From Mobula hypostoma (taxonomy: Eukaryota): a stretch of DNA of 64,000 nucleotides. The notes beneath the pieces were generated by a model that was not told the origin of the DNA, did not search any database, and worked only from the letters and a program-made list of their open reading frames with translations. Positions within the stretch are counted from its first letter, which is position 1, and each line of letters starts with the position of its first letter. The position numbers were made by a program, and so were the translations under genes. Of this stretch, positions 50,978 through 64,000 are shown one piece after another. The stretch lies in contig NC_086097.1 of NCBI RefSeq assembly GCF_963921235.1, forward strand, positions 103,480,001 through 103,544,000, read 5' to 3'.

Positions 50978-53900
50978 CTCTCATAAAGTTGCTGCCTTAT
51001 GCAAACATTCTGGTCATCCGCTGCTCCACTATGGAGTATTCGTAACAAAGCATCTGTCTCCCCAAGGCCATAGTTCAGCTTTGCTTCAGCAAGCTCCACC
51101 GTCAGCTGGTGCTGGTTTAAATCCAGGTTTAATCCTGACAGGATTCGAGTGCGTTCTTGGCGCAAGCTTTTAATTTCCTTCCATCTTTCCTTGCAGTCTT
51201 CTGGTGTGAGGCCCATTGTTTCTGCAATGCCAATATTAGCTTGCTTTTGCTCTGACTGTCTGTCTGAACTAGTGGCTGTGCTCATTACACTTCCTGTTGA
51301 GGGAGGTCTGTAATTGACTCCGGACCAGTTGTAGAATTTGTTGTGCAATGGCAAGTCCTCTGGACCACTACAGCTTGCCCCCTGTACTCTAGAACATGAT
51401 GTTTGTGAACTGTTGCAACCAGTTATGGAGGAATACTCATTCAGCAGCAAATCTGTATTGCATTCACTTGAAACAGAGGACTGGGTATCTTCAGCAACAC
51501 AGTTGTTTGTCATTTCACTCATTATGTATGTCCCAGCCTCAGAACTGCATTGATTCATCGAGTCACTGCGGTGTATTGCTTGATTGTGTAACGCGCTGAC
51601 CTTTTCTGTCTTTAAGTCTACCCCATCTTTGGAAAAAGGATTGTGCTGAAAGGAAGATGCACTGCAAGATACGGGAAATTCCTTTCTAGATGGCCACTCT
51701 GTATCATTTATCTGAGCAAGAGAAAAGGAAACCAGTGGGTTTTTCCAGCAAGATGGCTGAAAACTGAAAGCGTTCATCTGCTTTCTTTGATCTGGGTTTG
51801 AAGTACAGAGCCTCTGCACCTTCTGAAATGTCAAGTATGGTTCAATTCCCTTGCTACAAGGTAATGACTCTTTAACAATATGGCCTGTCTGTGCTTTTCC
51901 ACACTGCCAACTGGACTTGTTCACAGTTGATACCTTCACATGATGGTCTTTGCAAGATTCTGCAGTTCCTGAGCTCACAGAAGACCCTTCAGTATGAACA
52001 TCTCTCTGAAGATCTGTTTTACACTCCAGTTTAACTGACATTGGCAAACCTTGTGATGTAACTTTACTCTGCTCATTTAAATGAACCAAAAGTCCTTCAC
52101 CATTTGTTTCCAATATCTGTTCAGCTTTAGGTTTGACATGTGTGAAATAAATTTTACTTTGCCCATTTTCATCAGAACCATACCAAGAAGCTAGTTGTGC
52201 CTTTCTCTGCCAACAGTCAGTTTGTTGCAGTGCACAAATTTCCTCACCCTGAAGACAGAGAAAGGACTTGCAGTGGGATCGGTGGTCCCCCTGCCCAACT
52301 TCCAGTGTTTTAATAGGAGATGATGCTCGGTCCACGAGAACAGCTGGATTTTTATTAGTAGAAACTGTAGCTTCAAGACCTTGGGCAAACTGTTTTACTT
52401 CTCTGTCCACAGAGAGTTTGGGATCATTTGTTTCCACTTTTGAAAACTCTGATGTGCTTTCCAAAGTTCCAAAGCTTGTGCTCTGTGTTTGGTCACTGTT
52501 CATTGATATCTGTGAAGGTACTGTAATCGGTGTCAAACTTGGACTGGATGAAGAAGTTTGTGAAGAGCTTGTTATTAGTTTCTGAGCAGGTAGCAAGACA
52601 GAAGTCCTGAAAGATGAATTTACATTATCAGAGGGGAAAGAACAAACTGAATGGCTCAAAGCTGCTCTGTGAACATTAAGATCTGACACTCTGTGGTTCT
52701 GCTTTGGTTCCTGTAATGTTAACATAATATTGTTGTGGTCTTGGTTTACATTGACTTCTGAACCAATTATTTTTACAATGACATTCACTTCTTGGGGCCT
52801 TTGCACTTCCTTATTTTGAATTTCCTGACTGTATTTCTCTATAGCTTGAGGTATTGCATCTGTCTGAGTGGCCACATCAGCTGCTGACTGCATATGACCA
52901 TCCACCTTTCCAACTGCCCTCATTTTGCCAGCACTCTGGTTGGTAGGTGGATCTGAATAGTCCTCATTGTTTCTGATACTTCCCAGCAGCTGTGTGCTGC
53001 TATGGAGAAGCTTGATCATGTCCGGTTGGAAGCTCTGACCTGCAGTTATCTGTGCTGGAGTTTGGATGCAGCTCCTCTGGGGTGTCGGCTGTTCCTGATG
53101 TCTCATTCCACCTGATGTCTGTGTTTCTTTGTTGCAGGAGAATTTTACAGACTCATCAGACATCATCTCTACAGAAGATCCCAAATCCCTTGGGTAAAGG
53201 AGCATGATCTCATCAACTTGATAGTTCACATTTTCCGACTCAGAAGTAGAAGTTGGGAACGGAGATGGTTGGGTGAATGAAGCTGCCATTGTTTGATCAT
53301 ATGACATTACACAGGAATCTCCATCAAGGTTATCATTTCCAGGGTACATGGCTGCCAAGCTAGCCTCTTGGGAATCATTTGGAAGTAATGTGTTAGATAT
53401 AGTTCTTACATTGGCATAAGGATGTGAATTGCTGTGATTGTGATCATTTGATCCATTGCTGTCACTGAAACATTTCATTACGTTGCTGAGACTGCTTACT
53501 GCTGTCCGAACCTCATGCACAGTACCCATATTTCCCAGTCTACACTGCTTCCACTTGGCTTTGCATTGTTCATGGATGTATGGATCAACATCACTGCAAG
53601 CAAAGTGCACTGGATCTTTCTCTTCACTGAGGGTCAGTTCTACTGAAAATTCCTGGGCTTTTAGTTTTGCCTCAGCAGAGTTGCTCAGATTGTTATTGAT
53701 TGTCAGTGAGGTGCCGTCTTCACTTAGTTGTTTGTCTGACTGATTTCTTTGGCCTTGATTACTAGATAATGTGATTGGGGAATGGACAGTTTGAGCGCAA
53801 GTAGCCACATGCAAATCTGCACATTCTGAAACACTCTCTTTAACAATGTTATGCCGAAAACATTGTTCGGATTGATGTTTTCTCTCCACATCCTCTGTTT

Positions 53901-56900
53901 CATGCCTCATTTGATACACAATTCCTTCTACAAATGGAGTTAATCCTTCTGAAGGTTTATCAATCAGTAATGGATCAAGGCAGTGCCCACTAGAGCCTTC
54001 CATCATGTGATTAACACTCGGTGAAGCCTCTTGAAGAACTGATGGTAATAACCTCAGTGGTGATGCCTTGCTCTCCATTTCGAAGTTTAATGCACAACTT
54101 TCAAAATTAATATTAGTGCTCACCATATCTTTGCATTTGCAAACATTCAAGTCTGATCTGTTGATACCTCTTCTGCACTGTCTGCTTCTAAGCTTGTTAA
54201 GGGAAAGGAATTCAATGTCAATTTCCTCACTTGAACTTGATGAAACCTTAATTTCATCTGTATTTGGTTTTATTCTTTTAAGTCTTCTTTGTGATTTCTT
54301 CTTTGGCCCATTCATCATTTTTGGGGCACATCTGTCATCTGATCCATCTAAAGACTCCGAACCAGAAGACTCAATTCCTTCAATATTTGGCTCGTTAACT
54401 TGATTTACTGAAGGCCAATCACTGTGACAAGAACCTGAAAACAGATAGGAATTTGAGAGATAGCAAGTTCCATCCATTTCTGCACAGTTATTGCTCTCAC
54501 AAAATGGAGAACCTAACTCCCTAACCTGTTTGCACTCTAGGAGCGAATGTGTATTTGGTTCATCTACATCAATGTTCCGCTGACAGTAATCTGTCTGGGT
54601 GACTTGCAGATCACTAATATGAGAAGACATCTGTTTGCATGTTTCAGTGGCTTCATGGGTAATTCTGGTATTGTTCCAATCCTTTCGCAGCAATCTGGAT
54701 TCATTTCTAAATTCACATTGTGGGATTATGTGATTCTGCGTCTGTTGTAACAGTCTAGGTTTTTCTTGCTCAAGGATCTCCCGAGCTGAAGGTGACAACC
54801 CTATACATCTGTTCTTTTGTATCTTGGGGGGGAACTGTGACCTACCTTCCTTCTTTATGTCAATTAAGATTCTTTGATTGTTATTATGGCAATCCACATC
54901 AGAAGACATCTCCTTAAAATCAGTCAGGTCTCCCTTCAACAGTGCTTGTGCTTCTTCACAATCTTCAATGCCACTTTCTTCCTTCCTGATTAAATCTTCT
55001 GTTGAGTCAAAAATGTCGTTTTCATTGTAGTTCATATCGCACTTGACAGCTTTAGGAAGAGCCATGAATTCAAATGTCACAAACTCTTCTCCATAATTAA
55101 CTAAGTGGACAGCAGTTTGTTGTTCTGGAGTGACAAACAAGCTTGAAGAATTCCCAGTCAGTTCTAACCCACCAGGATCTCTATCATTAAAACAGATGGA
55201 GTAATCTTCTTCCCTCCTGCTATGTAACCCTGCCTGTTTATGATGACCAGATGATTTAATAAAGCTCTGTGGAATGAATGTATTTACTGAGTCACTGTTT
55301 GAAAATTGAACATCATGGCATTTAGCTTCTGTCTTTTTCAGATTAGATGCTGGGGATCCATTTCTTAGCATGTGGACAACTTGCTCAAGCCCCTGCTGAA
55401 TGGGCACTTGGTTCTTTGTTACTGGGGTAATCTTTAACCCCTCAGCACACAACTTACTTTCCAAGGAGCTTAATCCAGCCGATCCAGGTACGATGGTGGT
55501 TTTAGTGTCATCTTCTACCAAGGCAGTTTGAATTGTTGCTGCATGAACAATTGCAATTTGGCTCTGTTTTCCTTCTTGTTTCAGTAAGACTGTTCCGGAT
55601 GATATACAACTGCTCACATCCAGTGCATCAGGCTGATCAGCAAATGAATCTGGAACTGTTTGAGGTGTTCCAGACAGGTGACTTCCACTCACATCTTGTA
55701 CAGAGCTTCCTTGAAATACAATTTGATTTTGAAACACTTTACTCTGGGGTGGTAAGGTGCTTGTGGTTGGTATGTTACTGCAGACAACAGTGTCATCAGT
55801 TTTCACAGCATCTTGGAAAGTCTGTGAAGAAGGATCAATATTTAAGCCAGTGGCTAAAATACCTGTGTTCTGATACTGTAAACATGTTGGTTCTTTGCAA
55901 ATATTGAGAGATACTGTGGCATCTGCAATATCCATATTTGCAATATTTTCACCTGAAGAAACTGTTTTACTTGTTGGGTACTTCTGCTTTACATTAACAA
56001 TTGTCTCAATTCCAGTCTTCAAATATTGGGGACCAAGCATGCCCAGATGTAAGTCAACCATTTGTCGATCATCCTGAAATTCACATTCTTCGAACACAGC
56101 TGTTCCATCAGGGTGGCACCAAATTACATGTCTACCTATAACCTCTTTTAATACTATATCCTGATTTGGAAGTGCACTGTCAGAACCCGGGTGTGTAGAA
56201 TACTCTTCCATGCTGCTGATGGATTGATTAATTCCGCCATCTCCTCCATTTGCCTCTGGACCGGCTTTAAGGACAAAACAAGACGCAGGGGGTTCTACAC
56301 CAATAATTGCGCCCTCTCTTTCAACTGTATCTTTATTTGGCTCCAAGGGGGCAGTATCATGGGGACTTCCTGCTGGCAGTGATGGACTTTGGTCACTGTG
56401 TTGCAGTAAAGCAATAACCTTGGAACACATATAACCATCAGTTATAGCTCTGCTTTCAGCCAACTCTGGATAAAGACTTTCTGTTGCCAATCTATGGTTC
56501 TGTTTCTCTCTCAAAGGAGAATATTCAACTGGAACAAGACAATGAATGGAGGTTGTATTGCTTACATCGTATTCGGTAGAAGCAGCTGTTATGCCATTAC
56601 TTGGAGAACCTGGGTTTGCTCTTGAATCCATGATTCCAGAGTTCTCTAGTCTTCCCACTTGTGAATGTTTGTGACCTCTTAATGAGTGTAGAGCAACATC
56701 GCACCGTGCTGTGGTCAGACTGGCTTCACACTGATCTGTGCTCTCCTGACACAGAACTGATTCAAATATTTCCATTTCTTGAAATGCCGCAGGGTTTGAT
56801 TTCTTTATCAACTGTAATTCCTCTAGGGATACCTTCTGTTCTTCATTGTTAGAGATATTTTCACAGTCTACTGATTTAGCTGAGTTAGGAATTTCTATTA

Positions 56901-59900
56901 GGAAATTCTGAGCTACTGCTGGATTTTCTTGCTTGGTTTCTCCTGCCTCATGATCTGTACCAATTATTTCATCCTGTAAAGGTACCCTTGATGCACCTGC
57001 TCCACCACTAGTCTCAGTACATGTACAAATGGACGACAGATATTTCTCTCTAAATGCTCTGCTAAATATGCAATCATTTTCTATAATAAAACTTTTGGTA
57101 CAGGTTTGCTCTGCACAATACTTGGACGAGTTGAAGTTCTCAGATACTCCTTGGCTTTCTATTTCTGTACCCTTTTCAAATGCTTCTGTTTCATTATTGC
57201 TCAACTTCTCAACAATCACATGTTGGGTGGTATTTATTTCATTCTGTTCATTTCCAATTTTGGTGCCACACATGGTTCTGATTTCCTGTGCATCAGAAAG
57301 GGCACACGTTTCTGAGCTGTCTGCTAAATCAGTGCTGCTTGTTCCAGCAGGTGCATCTGTTTGTGTTACACTGAATCTTCCATTCTGCACAGACGTCCTT
57401 TGAAAATGAGTTGCCCCAGAGCTGTTGAAAACCTGTACAACTCTACTATTCACATTAGATTTGTACTGTTCTGGACCGTCACCCGCTATGTTGTCCCTTT
57501 GAGTTAATTCCACACAAGTGTTTTCCTTCTGATCACATTCAACATCTGAAAGTGTTGCTCCTGTTCCATGAGCAGATCTCAAAGGAACATCTTGAGATGT
57601 TCCTTTATCATCCATTTGCTCTTCAATGCCCACATCACATTCTTTGGATCCCTTATAAAATCCAGCATTCCCCATTGTTACTGATCTTTCTGTCAAATCT
57701 ACAGGAAGACTAGAATCAGTTTTAGGTAAGTCTCCTTTAAATGCATTAATTATCATGTTATTTTTAAATTTTGATTGACTATCATAACCCTTACTAACAG
57801 AAACTGTGGGACAGTCTTCAAAACCACATGTAGAAGCAAGAGTAGATATATTATCACCTGTGAACTCTACTGCCCTTGTATTGCTACCTTCAATAACTTC
57901 GACTCTTAACTCAGTGCCAATATTATTTTGGATAACACCTCCTTCCTTATCAAGCGTACGTCTGTCAGTTTCAGTTCTGAACCCAAGTTTGGTGTCCTGT
58001 GGAATGCTTATTTCCAGTCGGTGCACCCCACACTCTGTCACAGCACTTCTATGTGTGTTGGAACCCAGCAATATTTCTGAGCCACTAACAGCCTGCTTGT
58101 TAATCTGTTCCGTCATTTTGGTAAGACATTGCGAAAGGTGATGCCTAGAAACAGATGCAGCAGAAAAGTTTACATTGTTCGGAAGTTTGTCTGAATTTAC
58201 TACAATATTGGAATCCTGATTAAATGTATTCCAAATTCCAGCTGTACTTCCTGTAGGTTGCTCACTAATAGAACTGGGAATATTTTGTCCAGTAACAGGC
58301 AAGCTTAATATGCTGGTTTCCTCTGCAAGTATGCTGCATTTCTGGTCCTGTGTGCCACTTAAAAATAGAGTGTTTTCATAGTTCAAATTGTCTTCACGAT
58401 TGGAATTGTTTGCACTAGCACTTAGTTTTTCAAGACTTTTGTCTTTCAATAGTAATTCTCCCCTTTCATATGATAAAGTACCAGACACTATACTTTGAAC
58501 CTGTGAATCACTGGTTCTCAACTGGATGCCTTCAGAAAAACCAACATTATCCTTCATGCATAAACACCCATCGAGGATGAAGGGATCATTGATCTTGGTT
58601 TCAAAATCCACTTGACTGTTGATGGGAGTTTCTTTCAAAGTATATTTATTTTCATTCCTTGACAGGTTCGTCTGAGCAGACTGTTGCTTCTTTATGAAAC
58701 TGGTAAATCGATCATCATTTCTGTCTTCACTTTCAGCACAACTTGTAACTGAATGCTGCCACATTACAAAATGTTTTGGAGATTCTCTGCTTCCTTCATG
58801 CACTAAAGAGGATTTTTCTGTTTGACTAATTCCATTCTTCATTGATGTTGGCTGGGCAGCATCACAATCTGTGTCTTGCAATGCACTCTCCAAGTCAGAT
58901 TTGGTCTTATTTTGTACTAAAGGTGCCAGAATCATGTTCTCTGCATATACATTACTGTCTAAATCATTATTTTCTTCAGTAAAAGACAGCAATCTGTCAT
59001 TAAAAGATATTATCTGGGTGCCTGGGTCTTTTTCTGCATTTTCAGTAGATATTTCCAATACCTTGGGTTCCAACAGCTGTGACAATGGTTTTGCAACTAA
59101 TATAGTTAGGCTACTGGAATTACTAACAGGGGTACAACATGAAGAATTAGGAAAGATTTGGGATTCAACCATATTGTGAGATTGCCTATAACAAGATGAC
59201 AATTCTCTTAGTGAAATAAATTGTTCTCTGCCAGAAGTGGTAGTGTTCTCAAAGGTAGATGAGAAATTGAGCTTGGCTGCATTCTCTTCTGAGACACTGA
59301 CATGCACACCATCATTTCTGTGATAATCACTGTTACTCAGCTGATTGTGTTGGGATTGGCTACAGTTTTTTGCTGATTCTGTATCCTTACATTGATGCTC
59401 TGATACCTCTATTTCTAAATCAGCATCATTCATGTCAATAGCAGCATCTGTACTAAAAGTTTCAAGCTTCAAAGTGTTGGATGTGGAAGAGAGTATAAGA
59501 TCTTCAGATTCAGTTTGTGAACAAGACTGTTGTGCAGAATATATATTGTCTAATACATTGGATATTACTGGTGAAATGTTTGTCAATGAATGCTTGACTT
59601 TCATTTCTGCAGTGGAGAGCACTCCTGTAACACAAACCATGTTATGATCAGTACATTGTGAACTTTGCACAGTGACTCCACCAGTTGCAAATGGACTGAG
59701 GGAAATTTCCTGTATTTGTGCTGAATCCTCTTCCCTATCTAACACGCCTTGATTGTTTGCATTCTGTGACGCATGACACTCTTTATAAGTGGCATGTTCA
59801 GTTACCTGATCAAAATTATGCAATACACGAGGCTGTAACTGATCAAAATTAAACACCGAGCTGATCCAACTTGCTTCTGCTGCTTTCATTAGTTCAGTCC

Positions 59901-61234
59901 CTACATTTTCATAACAATCAGTGTCCCCTGATGAGATAGCTACAACTGAAGCATTATCAGATGAAACTCTCTCCATTTTGCTCTTGGAACTAGACTCAAA
60001 AAATGACTGAGCATCTGTAAAAATTGGGAAATCCATGTAATTTTTATTAGTCTTCAAATTTTTTGAAGGCATATTGTTTTCACAGTTGATATCCTTCAAT
60101 TCTGTGTTACCACCCACATTAAAACACTGTTCCTTTAATGTCAGAGCCCCAACACACTCCTTTTCTTCAATTAGCTCTTTTGAATTCTGGTAGGTTTTCT
60201 TTCCATCAACTTCACTCCAAGGTAGATTCCAGTACACTTCTGCTGGCATTTCATCAGAAGCTGTTAACCCAGGTGAACCCATTCTGCAAAGAACACTCGT
60301 TTCATTCAGATCAGCTAGGTTATCAAGAGAGATACTTTTCCTTCTGTTTGTTGTCTTATTGTGAGATAAGTGAGCCCTGGCACAGTGAATGTCATGGAAT
60401 CTATCAGCTGAGTTAGTATCCTTTTCTGCCAGTGAATCCTGGGACATTTCACTTTCATCACTTTCACTACAATTCTCATGTTTAGACTGCTGTCCCTCGG
60501 GTTCATCTTTCTGCAACTGTTCTGTTATAGCAGATGACAGAGAGTCCACAGAATACAAGCTATCAGTATCTGACAATTGCTCCTCTTCCAACCAGCCCCC
60601 TAGCGAGTCATCAGGAACTGCTGTAATACTGGCATTCAGTATTTCATCACTATTCCACTTCCTTGACCTGTAAGTGCAAGGCACGTTTTCCCAAAGATGA
60701 GCTAGGTTGACCACTGAAGCCTCCTTGTTGAGATGCTCGCTCTGGTTCACTCTACAAAAACTTCCAGTTCTGACCAATTGCTTGGGTGATGTCCTTTTAC
60801 AGATATTGGAGCTGGTACTCACAAATGTACAGTTCCATGATAGATCCTTCTTCACATCCTCATCTGTTAACTCAAGTTGCTTATCTGTGATACTTTGGTT
60901 ATCTAATGAGCATGCCATCAAACCTGATTTTTGTACCCTCGTCTTAGAGATGTTACTAGTTTGGACCTCTGGCTGTACACTGCTTAGTTCAAGTATTTTT
61001 GGCTGCATTTCATTATTTTCAGTTGATTGCTTTAAAGCTATGATATTCTTGTGCTTTACACCTTTATGTTTCTTTTGTAATTGATCCCAAGAAGGTGAAA
61101 CTTTTTCACTCCTTCCTCTTAAAGATTGTGTTCTTGTAACAGGGAATGCCATTTTGGACAAAGATCCCACTGAGAGAGACTTCTGTGTTGTGCGGTGAGC
61201 TGAGGTAGACAAGTTCTTCCTCTTTAGGAAATCA
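50978..61234 (-). CDS. STARD9: STARD9 giant internal coding exon (10,257 nt, ~3,419 codons, S/E/Q/N-rich low-complexity region)
   Basis: Lies within the 3430-aa stop-free ORF. Acceptor ttatttttacAG|TGAT at 61234 and donor GAGAG|GTAAGT at 50978, both phase 2. Contains motifs I recall from vertebrate STARD9: DTDSLYSVDSLS, SDEMPAEVYW, VDEIMLLYP, VDRASSPI, PEDLPLHNKFYNWSGV, EAKLNYGLGETDALL. Confidence 0.92.
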
Positions 61235-62341
61235 CTGTAAAAATAATTGGGAAGTATTAAATGCATTTGAAATTGTTAGAAATTCAAATCTATAAAATCA
61301 TTTAAAATCCCATAATTTCCAATTGTTCTTGTGCTTATGTTCATAACGAGTTTTAAAAAATTTTGATTCCAGTCATGGCAGTTTCTCAGAACTGCCACTT
61401 CAAATTCTTGTTGAGTCAATGTTGCTGCAGAGGGAGTTGTTGGTTTCACATTAAATACAGCCTAATGCAGCCTCAGAGTATTGTGTTCCGCAGGACAAGA
61501 GGTGCCTTCTTTCAGTTGAGACAACAAACTCAAAATGCATCTGCCTTGGTAAGATGTAAAATAAATCCCCATTTCCTCTGACCTGGCCAATCTTCATCCT
61601 AATACCTCATACAAAGTTCCCACATATCCCACAGTAGCTCAAGGAACTTGCTGTGTACAAACTGGAACAAGAGTTTACAAGTCTGCCTAATCATGTTAAA
61701 ATAATTCCTTGTAACCTGATGACAATTTATCAACTCATCCTTGATCAAAGCTGGCTTGGTCGTGAGAGTGGGGTGGTTTTCTATCTGGGGGTCTGTGAGC
61801 ACTTGTGTCCTGCAGGGTTCAATGTTGGGACCATTGTTGTTTGTAAGGTAAGTCAATTCTCTGGATGCAAACGTAATCTGATCAGCAAATTTGCAGGTGA
61901 CATGAAAATTGGTGGAGATGTGAATAGTGAGAAAGATTGTCAAATTATTTAGCAGAATATAGATTATTTGTAAATTTGGGCAGAGAAAGGCAGATGAAGT
62001 TTAATCTGGACAAGTGTAAAGTGCAATGCACATAGAAAGCAGGAAACCTAGGAACATTGGTAAATAGAAGGATGTTGGGGTGCAAGTCCATAGTTCTCTG
62101 AGAGTGGAAACACAAATGCAAGGAGTAAAGAAGGTGCACAACATATTTTCCTTGATCAGTCAGGGCACTGAGCATAACAGTTGGCAAGTTATTTGCAGCT
62201 GTAAAAAACTTTGGTTAGGCCACATCTACAGCACTGTGAGAGTTCTGGTCACTGCATTACTGAAAGGACGAGCAAATTTGGAGAAGAGCAGAAGAGATTC
62301 ACCAGGATGCCGTCTGGATTAAAGAGTATTCCTTTTGGGTT

Positions 62342-62564
62342 GGGGCACGTGGCCAAGTGGTTAAGGCGTTGGTCTAGTGATCTCAAGGTCGCTGGTTTGA
62401 GCCTCAGCTGTGGCATTGTGTTTGTGTCCTTGAGCAAGGCACTTAATCACACATTGCTCTAGTGTCTGTGCGAGGAGTGGTGCCCCACACAGACTTCCAA
62501 TCTGCGCCTTGTAAGGCACGAAAATGCCTGACGCAGTCCTTTCATGGTCTGAGTCGACGTTCCC
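62342..62564 (+). mobile_element. tRNA-derived SINE within a decayed CR1 (61790-62790)
   Basis: tRNA-like head GGGGCACGTGGCCAAGTGGTTAAGGCGTTGG, CORE-like TGTGTCCTTGAGCAAGGCACTTAA, and CCTTTT near both ends. Confidence 0.75.
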
Positions 62565-63354
62565 TGCCTTTTAAAGAGAAGCTGGTGAAACTGACTGTTT
62601 TCTCTAAAACAAAGACTGACAGAAGACCTGAGAGGAATATGTTGTCAAGAAAGGCAAAAGAAGCTGATATAATAGCAGCACTTAAGAGGTACTGTCTGAA
62701 AAATGAAAAGGAATGGAATATAAGAATACAGATTAGTTTTGATTGCCATTGTGGTTGGTGCAGACATAGTGGGCCAAGATGCCAAAGGCACAGTTTAAAG
62801 AACTGTAAACCCAGATATGTAAACCAGGCCACAGAGATAGATCATAAAACCTCAGAAACTCAGAAGGGAGGCAATTTAACCCATTATGTCAATGCCAGCC
62901 AAATGCTATTTAGGTTGTTCGCTTTTCCAGGCTCTCAGCCGGCAACTTCTAGGTTCAAAGACCTCGTTCTAATTCTGTACGGAGTTCCTAACTACACCAC
63001 AATTTCAGGAAGAGGGTGATTTCCAGACCTTCACTCCTCTTTGGGAGGAAGATTTCACCCTTTACCTAAATTTCCTCTAATCCTTTACCAATTAACTGAG
63101 ATCTATGCCGTAAAATTATTGATTAATCTAGTAATAGAAGTAGATCCTTACTGTTCACCCTATCCAGCTCTAACATAATTTTAAGTACCACAGTCAAACT
63201 TCTCCTCAGTCTCAAGTGTCTTTACCATGATCTGTTTTGGAGATTATGACCAATGCCTTTGAGGGCACAATTCATTCTCTACCAGCTAGCTTGATCACAT
63301 TTCCTTAGCATTAACCTAACCAAATTTCCTCCTGAACTTGTAATATTATACAGT

Positions 63355-63660
63355 TACAGAGTACCTCAGCACTGAAACAGGCCCTTTGGCCCATCTAGTC
63401 TGTGCTGATCTAGTCAAATCAGCCTGCGCCTGGACCATAGCCCTCCATACCTCTCTCAACCGTGTACCAATCCAACCTTCTCTCAGATGTTACAGTTGAA
63501 CCTGCATCTACAATTTCTACTGGCTGCTTGTTCCACGCTCATACCACTCTCTGAGTGAAGAAGTTTCCCCTCAGATTCCCCTTAGATATTTCACCTTTCA
63601 ACCTAAACCTATGACATTGATTTCCAGCCTCACCCAACCTGAAGGGAAAAGCCTGCATGC
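63355..63660 (-). mobile_element. CR1 3' end fragment
   Basis: Minus strand reads RGNFFTQRVV, followed by the 3' UTR. Confidence 0.8.
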
Positions 63661-63889
63661 ATTCATCATATTCTGCCAAAAGAAGCCATCCTTCCCCAGA
63701 GAGCTGCCAGAATCTGAACCAATCAGGGTACATGCGTAGATGGACCTGAGTGCAGATGTACCGCTGAGCAAGTGAAGCAGCATGATCTTCATCATAATAG
63801 TACCCTGGGCTTGTCATCAACCCATGACAGAGTGGGTGGAGTATCTGAAGAACAGCATCTCTGATTGCAATCATCCTCTCAGCACTTGA

Positions 63890-63995
63890 ATCGAGTGCCA
63901 GCCTGGATTATATGTTGAAGTTTCTTGGCCTGGTCCTATACCCACAACCTTCTCACTGAGTTGTTGAGACATTGAGGTATTCTGCTCAGCAGCCT
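63890..63995 (-). mobile_element. Decayed tRNA-head SINE (SacSINE1/DeuSINE-like)
   Basis: CAGCCTGGATTATATGTTGAAGT...ACCCACAACCTTCT resembles my recollection of the shark DeuSINE head. Confidence 0.4.
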
Positions 63996-64000
63996 AACCC

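Noticed and set aside
51338..61084. Many short plus-strand ORFs over the giant exon
   Set aside because: Antisense shadows of the real coding frame.
50974..61266. 3430-aa ORF as a standalone single-exon gene or viral polyprotein
   Set aside because: The first ~11 codons lie in the polypyrimidine tract of an acceptor, and the stop is inside a GTAAGT donor. The ORF splices in frame to downstream STARD9 exons and has no viral motifs.
62342..62415. tRNA gene
   Set aside because: The B box is degenerate, I see no acceptor stem or Pol III terminator, and it continues into a SINE body.

Overview
Vertebrate genomic DNA, most likely from a cartilaginous fish (inferred from the repeat families present). 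The window covers the 3' part of a minus-strand STARD9 (KIF16A-type kinesin/START-domain) gene. I can read nine spliced coding exons with GT-AG boundaries and consistent phases: a giant 10,257-nt exon (50978-61234) and eight small exons that run into the START domain. The kinesin/FHA exons and the last START exons lie outside the window. The introns are mostly nested transposons: CR1-type LINEs (two near full-length, with zinc-finger/esterase ORF1 and APE-RT ORF2), Rex1-like LINE fragments, Neptune-type Penelope elements, Tc1/mariner remnants, tRNA-derived SINEs, a small TIR element and a possible solo LTR. The most notable non-coding signal is a repeated minimal hammerhead-ribozyme motif in the Penelope terminal repeats. 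It occurs in full insertions, in inverted pairs and in ~110-bp mini-insertions, several with 13-bp target-site duplications (TSDs). All identifications come from reading the sequence and recalling family motifs; no searches were run.
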